Source: a virus
Strand: one strand, 5' to 3'
IMG/VR virus record: IMGVR_UViG_3300045684_000050
Coordinates: 1-64,000 of that record
DNA length: 64,000 bases
Notes under the pieces: generated by a model
What the model was told of the DNA's origin: nothing
Seen by the model: only the letters and a program-made list of their open reading frames with translations
The model's database searches: none
Part shown: piece after piece, positions 9,074 to 18,332 of the stretch
How positions within the stretch are numbered: the first letter of the stretch is position 1
How the letters are laid out: each line of letters starts with the position of its first letter
Position numbers and translations under genes: made by a program

Positions 9074-9589
9074 ATGCCAAAATTCACCTATTATCCTATT
9101 GCAGAAAAATTAGAAGTAGATGGTATAGTCTACAATGTACCTATTAAAACCTTTGCTGAAAAAGCAGGAATGAAAATAGTCAGTAAAAATATATCTATTA
9201 GCGGAGATGATGATGATATACTTGTCACCAAACATTTCTTAGATGGTATAGAATCAATGAGTATCAATTATGATAATCACATTGATGTATTAGAATCAAT
9301 ATACAAAGACATATTGGCCAAAGACATTCCTAAAAAGAAAGAGCCTAAAAAATCTATGGCTAATCTTCCGCAAGAAAAAAGGACTCAACACCCGGTAATC
9401 TATTTCATTAAAGATAACATATTCAAAAAATCAGTCATTTGTGAACGATTAGGACTTAATAAGGCCAATATGTCCAGACTGATGAACTCTGATACCCACC
9501 AACCTAATGATAATACCATTAGTAAGCTAGAAAACTTTATGTCTAACTATGGTTATATACCCGTAGACCTATTTGAAGAAAAAAAATGA
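9074..9589 (+). CDS. Protein with a C-terminal XRE/Cro-type HTH
   Basis: KSVICERLGLNKANMSRLMNSDTHQPNDNTISKLENFM. Confidence 0.65.
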   Translation: MPKFTYYPIAEKLEVDGIVYNVPIKTFAEKAGMKIVSKNISISGDDDDILVTKHFLDGIESMSINYDNHIDVLESIYKDILAKDIPKKKEPKKSMANLPQEKRTQHPVIYFIKDNIFKKSVICERLGLNKANMSRLMNSDTHQPNDNTISKLENFMSNYGYIPVDLFEEKK

Positions 9590-10146
9590 ATCTCACCAGA
9601 TTAAAACAGCATGAGAAATGGGAAAGGATAAAGGCAGGTACTACATGTCCATATTGCTTTAAAGCTAGCAAATTAATTCCAGCAGTATATGTATATGGAT
9701 ACAAAAATAAACTCAATGGTAAATATGTAAGGCGATGTAAAAAATGTGATGCATTGGTAGGTTGTCATGGCTATTCTAAAAAAGCTATGGGTATTCTTGC
9801 GAAACCAAATGTTCGTATCCTTAGAAAGAAAGCTCATGAAGAATTTGACTATATTTGGCAATATAAGATCAAACGTGAAAATTGTTCCAAAAAACATGCC
9901 AGACAATTAGCCTATGAATGGTTAGCAAATCAATTAGATGTAGAACTAGAGGATTGCCACATTTCTCAATTTTTCGAATTTGAACTCAAAGAGACAATTA
10001 GAATATGTAGTAAATATGTAAAGAAGATTAAAAAGTTTTTGCGTAACAACAATGGAGAAATTCCTATTCGAACACCTAAAATTAAATGTGTGTCTTCATA
10101 TATCCCAATGACAATTCAATTTATACAAAAATCAATAAATGGATAA
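9586..10146 (+). CDS. DUF3268-family zinc-finger protein
   Basis: CPYC...CKKCDALVGCH...LRKKAHEEFD.IW...AYEWLANQL...CHISQF. Confidence 0.8.
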   Translation: MNLTRLKQHEKWERIKAGTTCPYCFKASKLIPAVYVYGYKNKLNGKYVRRCKKCDALVGCHGYSKKAMGILAKPNVRILRKKAHEEFDYIWQYKIKRENCSKKHARQLAYEWLANQLDVELEDCHISQFFEFELKETIRICSKYVKKIKKFLRNNNGEIPIRTPKIKCVSSYIPMTIQFIQKSING

Positions 10147-10978
10147 CAATAACACCTTTTACAATAGATTTAATGATGATGAACTTGCAGAAGCACTCAA
10201 AGTTTTGCAAGAGACACAGTATACTGGTGAGAATGTAAATTTACAAAGAGAAGACTTTCATTTTGAAGTTAAAGATGGTCATAAGTGGTCTGGATTGCTT
10301 TGTCCAGGAGGATGGCTGACATTTGGTGGGCCAGAAAAATCACGAAAGTCTACTATAATGGGTATGCTATGTTCTGCAGCACTAATACCTGGAGGAACTT
10401 ATGAAAATATATTTTGTAAAATGGACCCCAGAAAGATCGTATACTATGCTGATACAGAAAGATCCAGATTCGAATTTAAAAAAGGAATGGATGTTATAAT
10501 AAAAAGTGCAGGTTTAACACGTAAGCCAGATAACTTCATTTCTCATCAAATGGTAGCTATATCAGATCCCATAATAAGATTTAACTCTATAGTGGCAATG
10601 ATACAAACATACAAAGAAGACTTAGGCTTACTTTGTATTGATGGTATAGCTGATTTTGTGCCTTCAGTAATGGATGAAAAAATATGTAAGGAAATGGGAG
10701 ACATACTAAATGGACTTATTAAAGAATTTAATATTATGCTTATCACACTGGTTCACCTCAATAGACGCGATACAAGACTTAATGGCAGCTTAGGTGTCGT
10801 ATTAGACAAGAAAAGCTCATATATCTCATTACTTGAAGTGTTGGACGAAGACTCACCTACTATTGTAAGTACATATAGAAAAAGAACGAGTGAAAGCTTT
10901 AAACCTTGGCAATTTACATTTGGAGAAAATGGACTGCCGGTAGCAATTGAACAAACTATAGCCCCGAATTTTTATTGA
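10139..10978 (+). CDS. RecA-fold AAA ATPase (AAA_25/RepA/DnaB-like helicase domain)
   Basis: Walker A GPEKSRKS, YADTE, Walker B LLCIDG, LVHLNR, GSLG. Confidence 0.8.
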   Translation: MDNNNTFYNRFNDDELAEALKVLQETQYTGENVNLQREDFHFEVKDGHKWSGLLCPGGWLTFGGPEKSRKSTIMGMLCSAALIPGGTYENIFCKMDPRKIVYYADTERSRFEFKKGMDVIIKSAGLTRKPDNFISHQMVAISDPIIRFNSIVAMIQTYKEDLGLLCIDGIADFVPSVMDEKICKEMGDILNGLIKEFNIMLITLVHLNRRDTRLNGSLGVVLDKKSSYISLLEVLDEDSPTIVSTYRKRTSESFKPWQFTFGENGLPVAIEQTIAPNFY

Positions 10979-11001
10979 TTCCTCAATCCCATGAGCAGGA
11001 T

Positions 11002-11036
11002 AAGCCTTCAGGACTGATATTCTGAAGGCTTTTTTA
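11002..11036 (+). terminator. Terminator of the + strand block
   Basis: AAGCCTTCAG-N10-CTGAAGGCTT followed by TTTTT. Confidence 0.85.
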
Positions 11037-11061
11037 TAGGTATATATGGCTGATTATGAAC

Positions 11062-11099
11062 AAAAAAAAGAAGCTTAAATACCTTTGTATCTAAGCTTC
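11062..11099 (-). terminator. Terminator of the convergent - strand block
   Basis: A8 tract then GAAGCTTAAATAC-cttt-GTATCTAAGCTTC on the + strand. Confidence 0.75.
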
Positions 11100-11168
11100 C
11101 ACAATTTAAAAACCAACTTTCAAAAACAGCAATTCCATTTCACTCTGAAATACTGTTAAAAAATGTCT

Positions 11169-11405
11169 TTAGTCATCTTCGAATTCTGGATCTGGGTAGT
11201 ACCCATCATTATCCACCCGACTTATTTTCCTTTGAGCTGCATCAATAACTTCTTCTTCCAGGCTTATGATATCCCTTTTATGCAAAAAGAGGATGTACAA
11301 AGGCTCAGTGGCTATGATGTCTTGTATTGTATCACCTTTATACTTGCCAAATGGCATTACATATTGTAAACCTCTTTTGGGATTTGTTTCTTCTACTTTC
11401 ATCAT
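11169..11405 (-). CDS. Small FGKYKG-motif protein (DUF3820/ExoX-C-terminal-like)
   Basis: VMPFGKYKGDTIQDII...PLYILFL. Confidence 0.75.
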   Translation of the reverse strand: MMKVEETNPKRGLQYVMPFGKYKGDTIQDIIATEPLYILFLHKRDIISLEEEVIDAAQRKISRVDNDGYYPDPEFEDD

Positions 11406-11713
11406 GCGAAGTACGGCAAATTTTGCTTAGGTTTTAACTTTTTCGTAGTAAAAAAGTATACCATCTCTTTGAGATGTTCCAGATCTCTAATCGCTATCAC
11501 ACCTTCAATATCTCCATTGTCTGGACTATTCACCCTTACCATTCTGCAAAATCTAGTTTCTTGGTCCCATTCGATGAATATCTCTTCTGTAAGATCTAAT
11601 TCGATACGAGAATAATGATATCCATTCTGATTGTAATAGTTTTCGTCACTAACTTCTGTCCGGGTGAACCCTAAGTCCATGACATCTTTGTACCTAATCT
11701 TTTGTTGTTTCAT
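11402..11713 (-). CDS. Hypothetical protein (103 aa)
   Basis: ATGA overlap with the next gene. Confidence 0.75.
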   Translation of the reverse strand: MKQQKIRYKDVMDLGFTRTEVSDENYYNQNGYHYSRIELDLTEEIFIEWDQETRFCRMVRVNSPDNGDIEGVIAIRDLEHLKEMVYFFTTKKLKPKQNLPYFA

Positions 11714-11753
11714 TATTGCTTTCTTTTAATATGTTAATAGTGATGTTGCCACG

Positions 11754-12008
11754 TTATCTTTTTAAGTCTTCTATGTAGTATTCACTTCCCCACTCTGTAG
11801 GAGTGCTATAGTATCCACTTGCCAGGCTGTACAAATAACTCTCATAGTCATATGTCCACTGATCTTCGTCATTTCCAGTTTCTAAAAGTTTCGATATCTC
11901 CTTTTTAAATTTGGTGAGATTCATATTGTTAGCCTTTGCTACTTCTATCCCACAAGTCAATAAGTCTTCATATCACTTCTCTAATGCTTCGTGTTGTTCT
12001 TTATCCAT
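11754..12008 (-). pseudogene. Small gene interrupted by an in-frame TGA at codon 12 (MDKEQHEALEK*YEDLLTCGIEV...)
   Basis: ATG 12008 is in frame with ORF 11754..11960; single TGA at 11973-11975. Confidence 0.6.
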
Positions 12009-12024
12009 TACAGTTAGTTAAATT

Positions 12025-12057
12025 AAAAAGGCCAGTTGCGGGGATGCAACCGACCTT
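12025..12057 (-). terminator. Rho-independent terminator
   Basis: Minus strand AAGGTCGGTTGC-atccc-CGCAACTGGCC followed by TTTTT. Confidence 0.8.
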
Positions 12058-12109
12058 ACAATAACAATAACAATTTTTGAATTATTTCTCAGGTAAGTAT
12101 TAACAACTT

Positions 12110-12117
12110 CAAAGATA
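12110..12117 (-). promoter_or_regulatory. Bacteroidota -7 promoter box TATCTTTG
   Basis: Exact TAnnTTTG in an intergenic AT-rich gap. Confidence 0.6.
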
Positions 12118-12153
12118 ACGCTATTTATTGACATTATTGCTGTTTGTTAAAAA

Positions 12154-12546
12154 TTATTTTATTAATATGTTTTTGACATGTAAAATAGATTGCCGATCAA
12201 CATAAGCTGTTTCACCTTCACTACTTTTTGAAAGAGGATTAGAGTGCCAGAAACCTATTTCAGCTTTCGCATTTTTAAGACACAAATCGACGGTGACATC
12301 AGCAATTTCTTTCATCAAACTTGTCACGTCATCGAGCAAGCCTATATCAATTAACCTCTTGTGTAGATCTCTATCTCTAGTTTCTATTACAGACTCCATA
12401 GATAGGAAAGCTTCACACTTAGGTTCCTCTCTATTGTGATATACCTCTATCGTTTCCTGACCATCCTTTTTAACAGTCTTAATATATGTGCTATTTGTTG
12501 GTCCTGGTGGCACCCATGTTCCACAATTATATTTTTTGTCATCCAT
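12154..12546 (-). CDS. Hypothetical protein (130 aa)
   Basis: TAATG stop-start coupling with the upstream gene. Confidence 0.7.
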   Translation of the reverse strand: MDDKKYNCGTWVPPGPTNSTYIKTVKKDGQETIEVYHNREEPKCEAFLSMESVIETRDRDLHKRLIDIGLLDDVTSLMKEIADVTVDLCLKNAKAEIGFWHSNPLSKSSEGETAYVDRQSILHVKNILIK

Positions 12547-13166
12547 TATAAATTGTTATTCTTTTCGAAATTGTATATACTCAAAGCCATATCGTATTTA
12601 TTAGCACTTTTGAGGTTTCTGAATATGTAATTAAGTGCTACTCCATCAATCTTCAATATCTTGCAAAAACTATACTCATAGTCTGGAAAATGGTATTCGT
12701 CCATCTGTTCGTATAGAACTATTTGTCCTTTCGGAAATCTAGTTCCTTCAAACATTTCATTTACGCTGTAGCCTCTTTTAATCCTGATATAGGCTAAGAT
12801 GTCACCTACAGTGAGATTTCCATTGTAGTAGGCTGTAACTAACTTGCTAAGCATCCAGATATTATTATGCCTAGTGTTTTCCTTTAGGGCCAGAGCTTTT
12901 AGTTGAAGCTTCTTACGATGAATTTCCTGTTCCATTTTCATCTGTCTGGCAAAAGCATCATGCTCTCTTATCCTTCTTTTATGTGCATCTACTTTCATCT
13001 TATAGCTATCATATTTCTCAGGGTGTACAAATGTAGGTTTCTGTTGGGAAGTATGTCCATGTACTACCCATTTGCCCGGTTTGTAACGCTGGTTCCTTAC
13101 AGCTTCCTCCAGTCGATGTAACCGTTGCTCATAACAATGTCTGTATGGATCTGTCATTTGTGCCAT
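12546..13166 (-). CDS. Protein with a probable C-terminal XRE-type HTH
   Basis: VGDILAYIRIKRGYSVNEMFEGT.FPKGQIVLYE. Confidence 0.6.
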   Translation of the reverse strand: MAQMTDPYRHCYEQRLHRLEEAVRNQRYKPGKWVVHGHTSQQKPTFVHPEKYDSYKMKVDAHKRRIREHDAFARQMKMEQEIHRKKLQLKALALKENTRHNNIWMLSKLVTAYYNGNLTVGDILAYIRIKRGYSVNEMFEGTRFPKGQIVLYEQMDEYHFPDYEYSFCKILKIDGVALNYIFRNLKSANKYDMALSIYNFEKNNNL

Positions 13167-13168
13167 AG

Positions 13169-13339
13169 TTATATCAATTTTAAAGTAGAAGTAAGCTCAA
13201 AAGATTGTTCTATTACAATCGTATTTTTATGTTCAGTACGAAAAACATTCAGATCCTCATAAGTCTCAAAACTATAAAGCTCTGTAGTCTCAGGATCTCC
13301 AATAGTGTGCCAATAGCAAAAGTAAATTGTCGTTGTCAT
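13169..13339 (-). CDS. Small hypothetical protein (56 aa, MTTTIYFCYWHTIGDPET...)
   Basis: Not in the ORF track; fills the gap exactly with a TATAACTATG leader. Confidence 0.65.
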   Translation of the reverse strand: MTTTIYFCYWHTIGDPETTELYSFETYEDLNVFRTEHKNTIVIEQSFELTSTLKLI

Positions 13340-13350
13340 AGTTATAAGTT

Positions 13351-13644
13351 TTATTCCATGTCTGGATCTGAATAATGTTTGATCTTACAAATATTTTCAA
13401 AATCTTTTTCTAGCAATTTTATTTCCGCTATGTACAATTCATTCATCTTTTTAATTAGAGGTTCAACTAAGTCTATATGAATAGGAGATTTATCAAACAC
13501 ATTATCACTGTATTGATACAAAAGATAAATTTCGTTAGCATTATTTATCGTAGTACTCATTCTTGTAATAATCTTCAACTTCTTTCTTTTTTCTTCAATC
13601 TTTGCTAGTATTTCAGTAGCTTTTTTATAGTCATATCGTGTCAT
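13351..13644 (-). CDS. Hypothetical protein (97 aa)
   Basis: ATG ORF in the operon. Confidence 0.7.
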   Translation of the reverse strand: MTRYDYKKATEILAKIEEKRKKLKIITRMSTTINNANEIYLLYQYSDNVFDKSPIHIDLVEPLIKKMNELYIAEIKLLEKDFENICKIKHYSDPDME

Positions 13645-13864
13645 TATTCTAAGTTTTTCAATTCAATAATTCTAATGTCTTAATGACATCAGAAACTTCT
13701 CTATATATTTATAAATTTTGATTCACAATCCGTTCCGGAAAATAATTTGGAATTCTTTGTTCTTTATTAAAACCAATAAAGGCATCTATTCCTGATTAAT
13801 AAATAATTGCATCACATTTAATCTCCAGATACATTAATTTCTTGACATTTATTCCTGTTATCTA

Positions 13865-14038
13865 CTACAAATATTTAGGCTTCTTGGAAGAATACCGACT
13901 TTCAATTAGATATTTATCAGTTTCTTTTTGAATTCCTTCATGAAAATCTTTTTCTAGCTGATGCAAGCTTTTACCACCTGCATTTGCATCTGCTCCTTTT
14001 TCAGAATAGGTTGACTTTACTACTTTATCTTTTTTCAT
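13865..14038 (-). CDS. Small hypothetical protein (57 aa, MKKDKVVKSTYSEKGADANAGG...), possibly the 5' part of a decayed gene
   Basis: ATG 14038 to TAG 13865-13867; the downstream 200 bp hold only short open fragments. Confidence 0.5.
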   Translation of the reverse strand: MKKDKVVKSTYSEKGADANAGGKSLHQLEKDFHEGIQKETDKYLIESRYSSKKPKYL

Positions 14039-14054
14039 AATTAATTAAATATGC

Positions 14055-14333
14055 TTAATGCCCATTAATTCCAATATAACAATGGTTTCTTAGATCGTCT
14101 GGATCCCAAGTATCGCCATAATCCACCGACGCACTGTTCCATAATTTATTTGTGTATTCCAAATATTCATGAGCTTTATTGTCTAAAGTTATTATTTTAT
14201 TTTCCAAAAGCCAGTATACATAATTGGGGTTGATTTTGATTATAAAACCCAACTCCGTGCCTTTGTATTTACCGAAAGTTAAAATCCAATTTACTCCTTT
14301 TTGAATATGTGTATCTACTTTCATCTTAATCAA
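14055..14333 (-). CDS. Second FGKYKG-motif protein (DUF3820/ExoX-C-terminal-like)
   Basis: ILTFGKYKGTELGFII..NPNYVYWL. Confidence 0.75.
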   Translation of the reverse strand: MIKMKVDTHIQKGVNWILTFGKYKGTELGFIIKINPNYVYWLLENKIITLDNKAHEYLEYTNKLWNSASVDYGDTWDPDDLRNHCYIGINGH

Positions 14334-15969
14334 ATATTGTTAATGGTTGTTGTTTGTGTTCCTTTACTAATTCTTCTTTCTTTTGATGCTTCTTGTTCTT
14401 AGACTTTTTAGCCATCTCTGGAGGGAGTTGAAAACCTTTAATCCGGGATATCTCTTGATTGAATCGGGCCCATATATCATCATCCAAAAACTCAACATGG
14501 GCAGTTCCCTTTTTGAATCCCTTAATCCTAAAGAATCCAAATTCAAACCACTTGCCAAAAGGTAAGTTAATTCTTATGTCCTTTTTCTTGAATGACAGAT
14601 CAATACAATTCTGAATATACTCATCTTTGGTAATCTTGACTTTTTCAGCGTTCCAAGAATCTCTTAGATAAGCATCATATCTTTTACCATACTTCTCTCT
14701 GATCTCAGGAGTATCGTATACTTCATATTCTTGCTCATGCCTACTGCCTACAAAGTGATGAAGGTCATTAGGTACAGAATTGTAATCAGTACCTGTAATG
14801 TGGCATAAGATACGGACTAAATCATCTATGTATTCATTGTTACCATTCCAATGTACACTCATTTTACCATAATCATTATTGAATACTCTAGGAAGGATAA
14901 ACTTCTTGTTGAGCATGTAGTTATTGTTAGTCACCCAACCTTCACGACCATACCTGTTTTCTTTATAATATTGAGTTAGATTATCAAAGGCAGTAATATA
15001 TGCTTTGTCCATCCTTTCACTATTCGTGCCTACAACTATCTCGATCATCTTCATAACATTCTTATAGGTGAAAGGGATCACTGTCTGCTGCTCTACAAAT
15101 TTATCGATATCATTTTTCAATTCACTGGTAAGAAATTTCTTCATATCCATCTCTGCAAAAATCGTTCTCCATGCTTTCTTCTGGAGATCCTTGGCAAATG
15201 CTTCCTTACTATATACAGTCTCATCTCTACCTACAGATAAAGTAAATTGAAAGTTACTGAATACTGATCCTATCTTTGACATCTCACCACACTTGGCATT
15301 GACTTCATCGAAGAAGTTTACCGCTGCCTTATATCTATTTACAAGTTCTTTCAGCCTATTGTAAGGAACCAACCCTTCACCTTGATAGTCTTCACTATCC
15401 ATCATCTCGAACTCATCACCAAAACCAATTGAATCATTCTCAGGATACTTTACACGAATCAATCCTACCGATACACTTGTCTTTCTTTCAGCATCTTGGA
15501 AACATTGGCCTATATGTCTATATGATCCGCTATACATTGCTACCGTCTTCCTAACTTCATTCCACTTCTTATTTTTATTTTCCGTATAGCTATCATGGTT
15601 CACTAAGAATCTCATTTCGCAGCCGGCAGGCATTATACTAAAACAATGTAATACATGATCCACTGCATCACTGAAAGGAGGATTTGCAATGATGTAATCC
15701 ACATGGGTAACTTGCTCCATCGTAACATCAAAAAAATCTCGACATAAAAAAGTGTCACAGTTATATTTAACTGTATAGCTAAGATCCTGATCCAATTCAC
15801 AGGCCAACATCTCTTTAGGACCAAACTGCTTTATAAATTTAAGGATATTAGCTTTGCCTGCCTGGGGCTCCAATATCACCTTATCTTTAAGGTCCAACCC
15901 TTCAGTCATATCTAATATGATCTTATCTGGAGTAGGATAGAAGTTCTTGTTATCTTTAAAATAATTCAT
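14326..15969 (-). CDS. Class I SAM-dependent (N6-adenine-type) DNA methyltransferase with a DUF4942 domain
   Basis: NFYPTP, ILEPQAGKANI, IIANPPFS; C-terminal FRIKGFKKGTAHVEF. Confidence 0.88.
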   Translation of the reverse strand: MNYFKDNKNFYPTPDKIILDMTEGLDLKDKVILEPQAGKANILKFIKQFGPKEMLACELDQDLSYTVKYNCDTFLCRDFFDVTMEQVTHVDYIIANPPFSDAVDHVLHCFSIMPAGCEMRFLVNHDSYTENKNKKWNEVRKTVAMYSGSYRHIGQCFQDAERKTSVSVGLIRVKYPENDSIGFGDEFEMMDSEDYQGEGLVPYNRLKELVNRYKAAVNFFDEVNAKCGEMSKIGSVFSNFQFTLSVGRDETVYSKEAFAKDLQKKAWRTIFAEMDMKKFLTSELKNDIDKFVEQQTVIPFTYKNVMKMIEIVVGTNSERMDKAYITAFDNLTQYYKENRYGREGWVTNNNYMLNKKFILPRVFNNDYGKMSVHWNGNNEYIDDLVRILCHITGTDYNSVPNDLHHFVGSRHEQEYEVYDTPEIREKYGKRYDAYLRDSWNAEKVKITKDEYIQNCIDLSFKKKDIRINLPFGKWFEFGFFRIKGFKKGTAHVEFLDDDIWARFNQEISRIKGFQLPPEMAKKSKNKKHQKKEELVKEHKQQPLTIFD

Positions 15970-15989
15970 CTTGTTATTGCTTGTTTTTA

Positions 15990-16406
15990 TTACTTAATCA
16001 TTTTGTCAAGTACTTTGCGTACTGTTATTAGATCATGATCGAATCCTCGTTTAATCTTTTCAGCAAGTAATTCTTTGACTGAAAATACACCCATAAATCT
16101 TTCTTTCCAAACGATTAAATGTATAGGAAGAAAACCTTCTTTTTTAACCCTATGATTGAACTTTAAACTACCTTCTTCAGGTTTATACCCTGGATAATTT
16201 TTAGGTGGAGAAGTTTCGTTGTAACCTTTATCTGATAGATAAGATCTTACATTATCTAATTTAAGCTCACTAATAGCAATATCAATGTCATGAATATCCT
16301 CAATTTTTAATAAGTCCAGTTGAACTAAGAGATATGTACCAATTACTTTTCCATCAAAATATCGGCAAATATTATTGACTGTTCTTTTTTGTTCTGTGAT
16401 TTCCAT
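15990..16406 (-). CDS. Hypothetical protein (138 aa)
   Basis: First gene after the - strand promoter; CAATAACAAGATG leader. Confidence 0.75.
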   Translation of the reverse strand: MEITEQKRTVNNICRYFDGKVIGTYLLVQLDLLKIEDIHDIDIAISELKLDNVRSYLSDKGYNETSPPKNYPGYKPEEGSLKFNHRVKKEGFLPIHLIVWKERFMGVFSVKELLAEKIKRGFDHDLITVRKVLDKMIK

Positions 16407-16426
16407 CTTGTTATTGTTTGTTGAAT

Positions 16427-16474
16427 CAAAGATAATAAAATATTTTTTTATTTCCTAATTAAAGTGTATATTTG
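16427..16474. promoter_or_regulatory. Divergent promoter pair: TATCTTTG (-, 16427-16434) and TATATTTG (+, 16467-16474)
   Basis: Two back-to-back TAnnTTTG boxes at a strand switch. Confidence 0.75.
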
Positions 16475-16613
16475 TCATTATTAACTTAATACAATTGCAA
16501 AAAACAATAACATGAAAGAATTTAAAGAGTACGTATCTCCTTGCGATATTGAAATTGGCAAAGGAATAAATTCAGCCACCAAAAATTAATTAACTGGTTT
16601 ATAAAATACTAAT

Positions 16614-17177
16614 ATGAATTTAAACTTCATGATAAATTGGCCTGACCATGCAGGTGGCGGCAGAACTAACTTCCCTGAGAAGATACTAGCATCTCTCATT
16701 CAACACTATAGGGATGAAGTTATAGACTTCTATAAAGAGAAACATGGAATACATATCTATGACCCGATAACGACTGTAGACCTATTCAAAACTGCAGCAA
16801 ATTATGACTTCAACTATAATTTTTTTTGGAAAACATATGAAAAAGCTTATCCTGCTAAGATCCACACATTCAGAAGTAATTTTAGGTGGACAGAAGCAAC
16901 AAAAATACATTTTCAAATATGGACAGGAAAACCCTACAACACTCCTACCTTCCAGTTTGCACCTGTAATTCAATGTGTAAGCACTCAAAAGATAGAGATA
17001 ATATATGCAGAACACACTGAATCTCCGTTCATATGGCTAGATGATAAGCCTTTTAACGATAGCATCTATGACATTTCTGTTAACGATGGGTTTCCTACAT
17101 TAAATAAATTCAATAAATTCTTTAACAAGGACTTCGAAGGACAAATTCTCCATTGGACTCCATACAAATACATATAA
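16614..17177 (+). CDS. ASCH/PUA-like phage protein
   Basis: KIHTFRS..RWTEATKIHF..WTGKPY....FQFAP pattern; family call by eye. Confidence 0.55.
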   Translation: MNLNFMINWPDHAGGGRTNFPEKILASLIQHYRDEVIDFYKEKHGIHIYDPITTVDLFKTAANYDFNYNFFWKTYEKAYPAKIHTFRSNFRWTEATKIHFQIWTGKPYNTPTFQFAPVIQCVSTQKIEIIYAEHTESPFIWLDDKPFNDSIYDISVNDGFPTLNKFNKFFNKDFEGQILHWTPYKYI

Positions 17178-17178
17178 C

Positions 17179-17400
17179 ATGACAACAGTTACCTTATCAA
17201 CAACCAAAGCAGCATTTAGGAAAGCTAAAAATAAATTACCTAAAGGAGCTGCAGCAATTCTTATTGTACTCAACCCTCATAATCCAGAACAATTACTATA
17301 TGCTTCTAACCTCAATGACAATGGAGTGTTAATTGCTATCGATTCACTACAACAAACTATTAACTCAAAATCTACAACCGATGGACCAGAAATATCTTGA
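17179..17400 (+). CDS. Hypothetical protein (73 aa)
   Basis: ATG 1 nt after the previous stop. Confidence 0.7.
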   Translation: MTTVTLSTTKAAFRKAKNKLPKGAAAILIVLNPHNPEQLLYASNLNDNGVLIAIDSLQQTINSKSTTDGPEIS

Positions 17401-17725
17401 AGCATTGCACCTAACATCCAGAGCACTATCTCATGGACTAAGATCTGAAATAATAGACCTACTCAAAGACGGGAACCCAAGATATGTCACTCAAATCCAA
17501 ATACACTTCAGAATAGATGATCATTCATTAATATCTCAACATTTAAAGATATTACGTGAAGCTGGATTCGTTAATACCGTAAGTTCCGGTAAGAAAGTAT
17601 TTTATGCATTGTCAGACTACTACTATAACATGGAAAAGTTCATCAATGAACATAATTTTCCAATACCTAAATTCTCAGGTCCAAATAACGGACTGACAGT
17701 CACTACTAAACAAATAGTGAAATGA
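17381..17725 (+). CDS. ArsR/SmtB-family winged-helix regulator (likely start ATG 17381)
   Basis: ALSHGLRSEIIDLL...SLISQHLKILREAGFV....GKKVFYAL. Confidence 0.85.
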   Translation: MDQKYLEALHLTSRALSHGLRSEIIDLLKDGNPRYVTQIQIHFRIDDHSLISQHLKILREAGFVNTVSSGKKVFYALSDYYYNMEKFINEHNFPIPKFSGPNNGLTVTTKQIVK

Positions 17726-17919
17726 GCTGGAGAAACTTAAACAAAGAAGACATACAAATAACTAAGTATACAAACAGTTCTCCTTTTTATTCTATACAGA
17801 TAATACATCTGCCTACTGGTATTAAAGTTGAAAAAGATAGATGTAAATCATACTTTAGAGATGAACTTCCTTTGTGGGAGGAATTAGAAAAACTTGTAAC
17901 CGAAGCACTAATAAAATAA
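17722..17919 (+). CDS. Release-factor (RF-1 domain)-like small protein lacking GGQ
   Basis: DIQITKY...SIQIIHLPTGIKVEKDRCKS aligns by eye to the RF segment DLRIDTY...AVRITHLPTGIVV.CQ.ERS. Confidence 0.55.
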   Translation: MSWRNLNKEDIQITKYTNSSPFYSIQIIHLPTGIKVEKDRCKSYFRDELPLWEELEKLVTEALIK

Positions 17920-17920
17920 C

Positions 17921-17928
17921 TATATTTG
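17921..17928 (+). promoter_or_regulatory. Bacteroidota -7 promoter box TATATTTG
   Basis: Intergenic, 47 nt upstream of ATG 17975. Confidence 0.6.
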
Positions 17929-17974
17929 AGTCACTAATTAATTTTAACACTTTTATTCACTAAAACACAGAATC

Positions 17975-18253
17975 ATGGCAGGACAATTAGATAATATTTT
18001 TTACCCTACAAATAGGGTGAGAATTAAAATGGAAAGAGGTAAAGCAACAGAGCATGTTGATTACTCTAATTCACTTACAATAGCATATACAAAACTTAAA
18101 GACAGGTTCGCTAACTGGCCGACTGAAGATGGACCTAAAGAAATGGAACTGTATAAAGTAGAAATTGTCAGAGATGATGGAGCATTGATTGATATCTTTG
18201 AAGCAGGTATTATAGTTCCTGAAGGGAATAGCTACCCATTCCATAAGCTATAA
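17975..18253 (+). CDS. Hypothetical protein (92 aa)
   Basis: Has its own promoter box and an AACACAGAATCATG leader. Confidence 0.75.
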   Translation: MAGQLDNIFYPTNRVRIKMERGKATEHVDYSNSLTIAYTKLKDRFANWPTEDGPKEMELYKVEIVRDDGALIDIFEAGIIVPEGNSYPFHKL

Positions 18254-18295
18254 TTAAGACAAAATTGAAAAGGGGTTTGTTTTTTCATAGAGATT

Positions 18296-18328
18296 GATCC
18301 TACAGCTAACGAGTTGTAGGATCTTTTT
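18296..18328 (+). terminator. Terminator at the convergent junction
   Basis: GATCCTACAGCT-aacg-AGTTGTAGGATC followed by TTTTT. Confidence 0.85.
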
Positions 18329-18332
18329 AACT

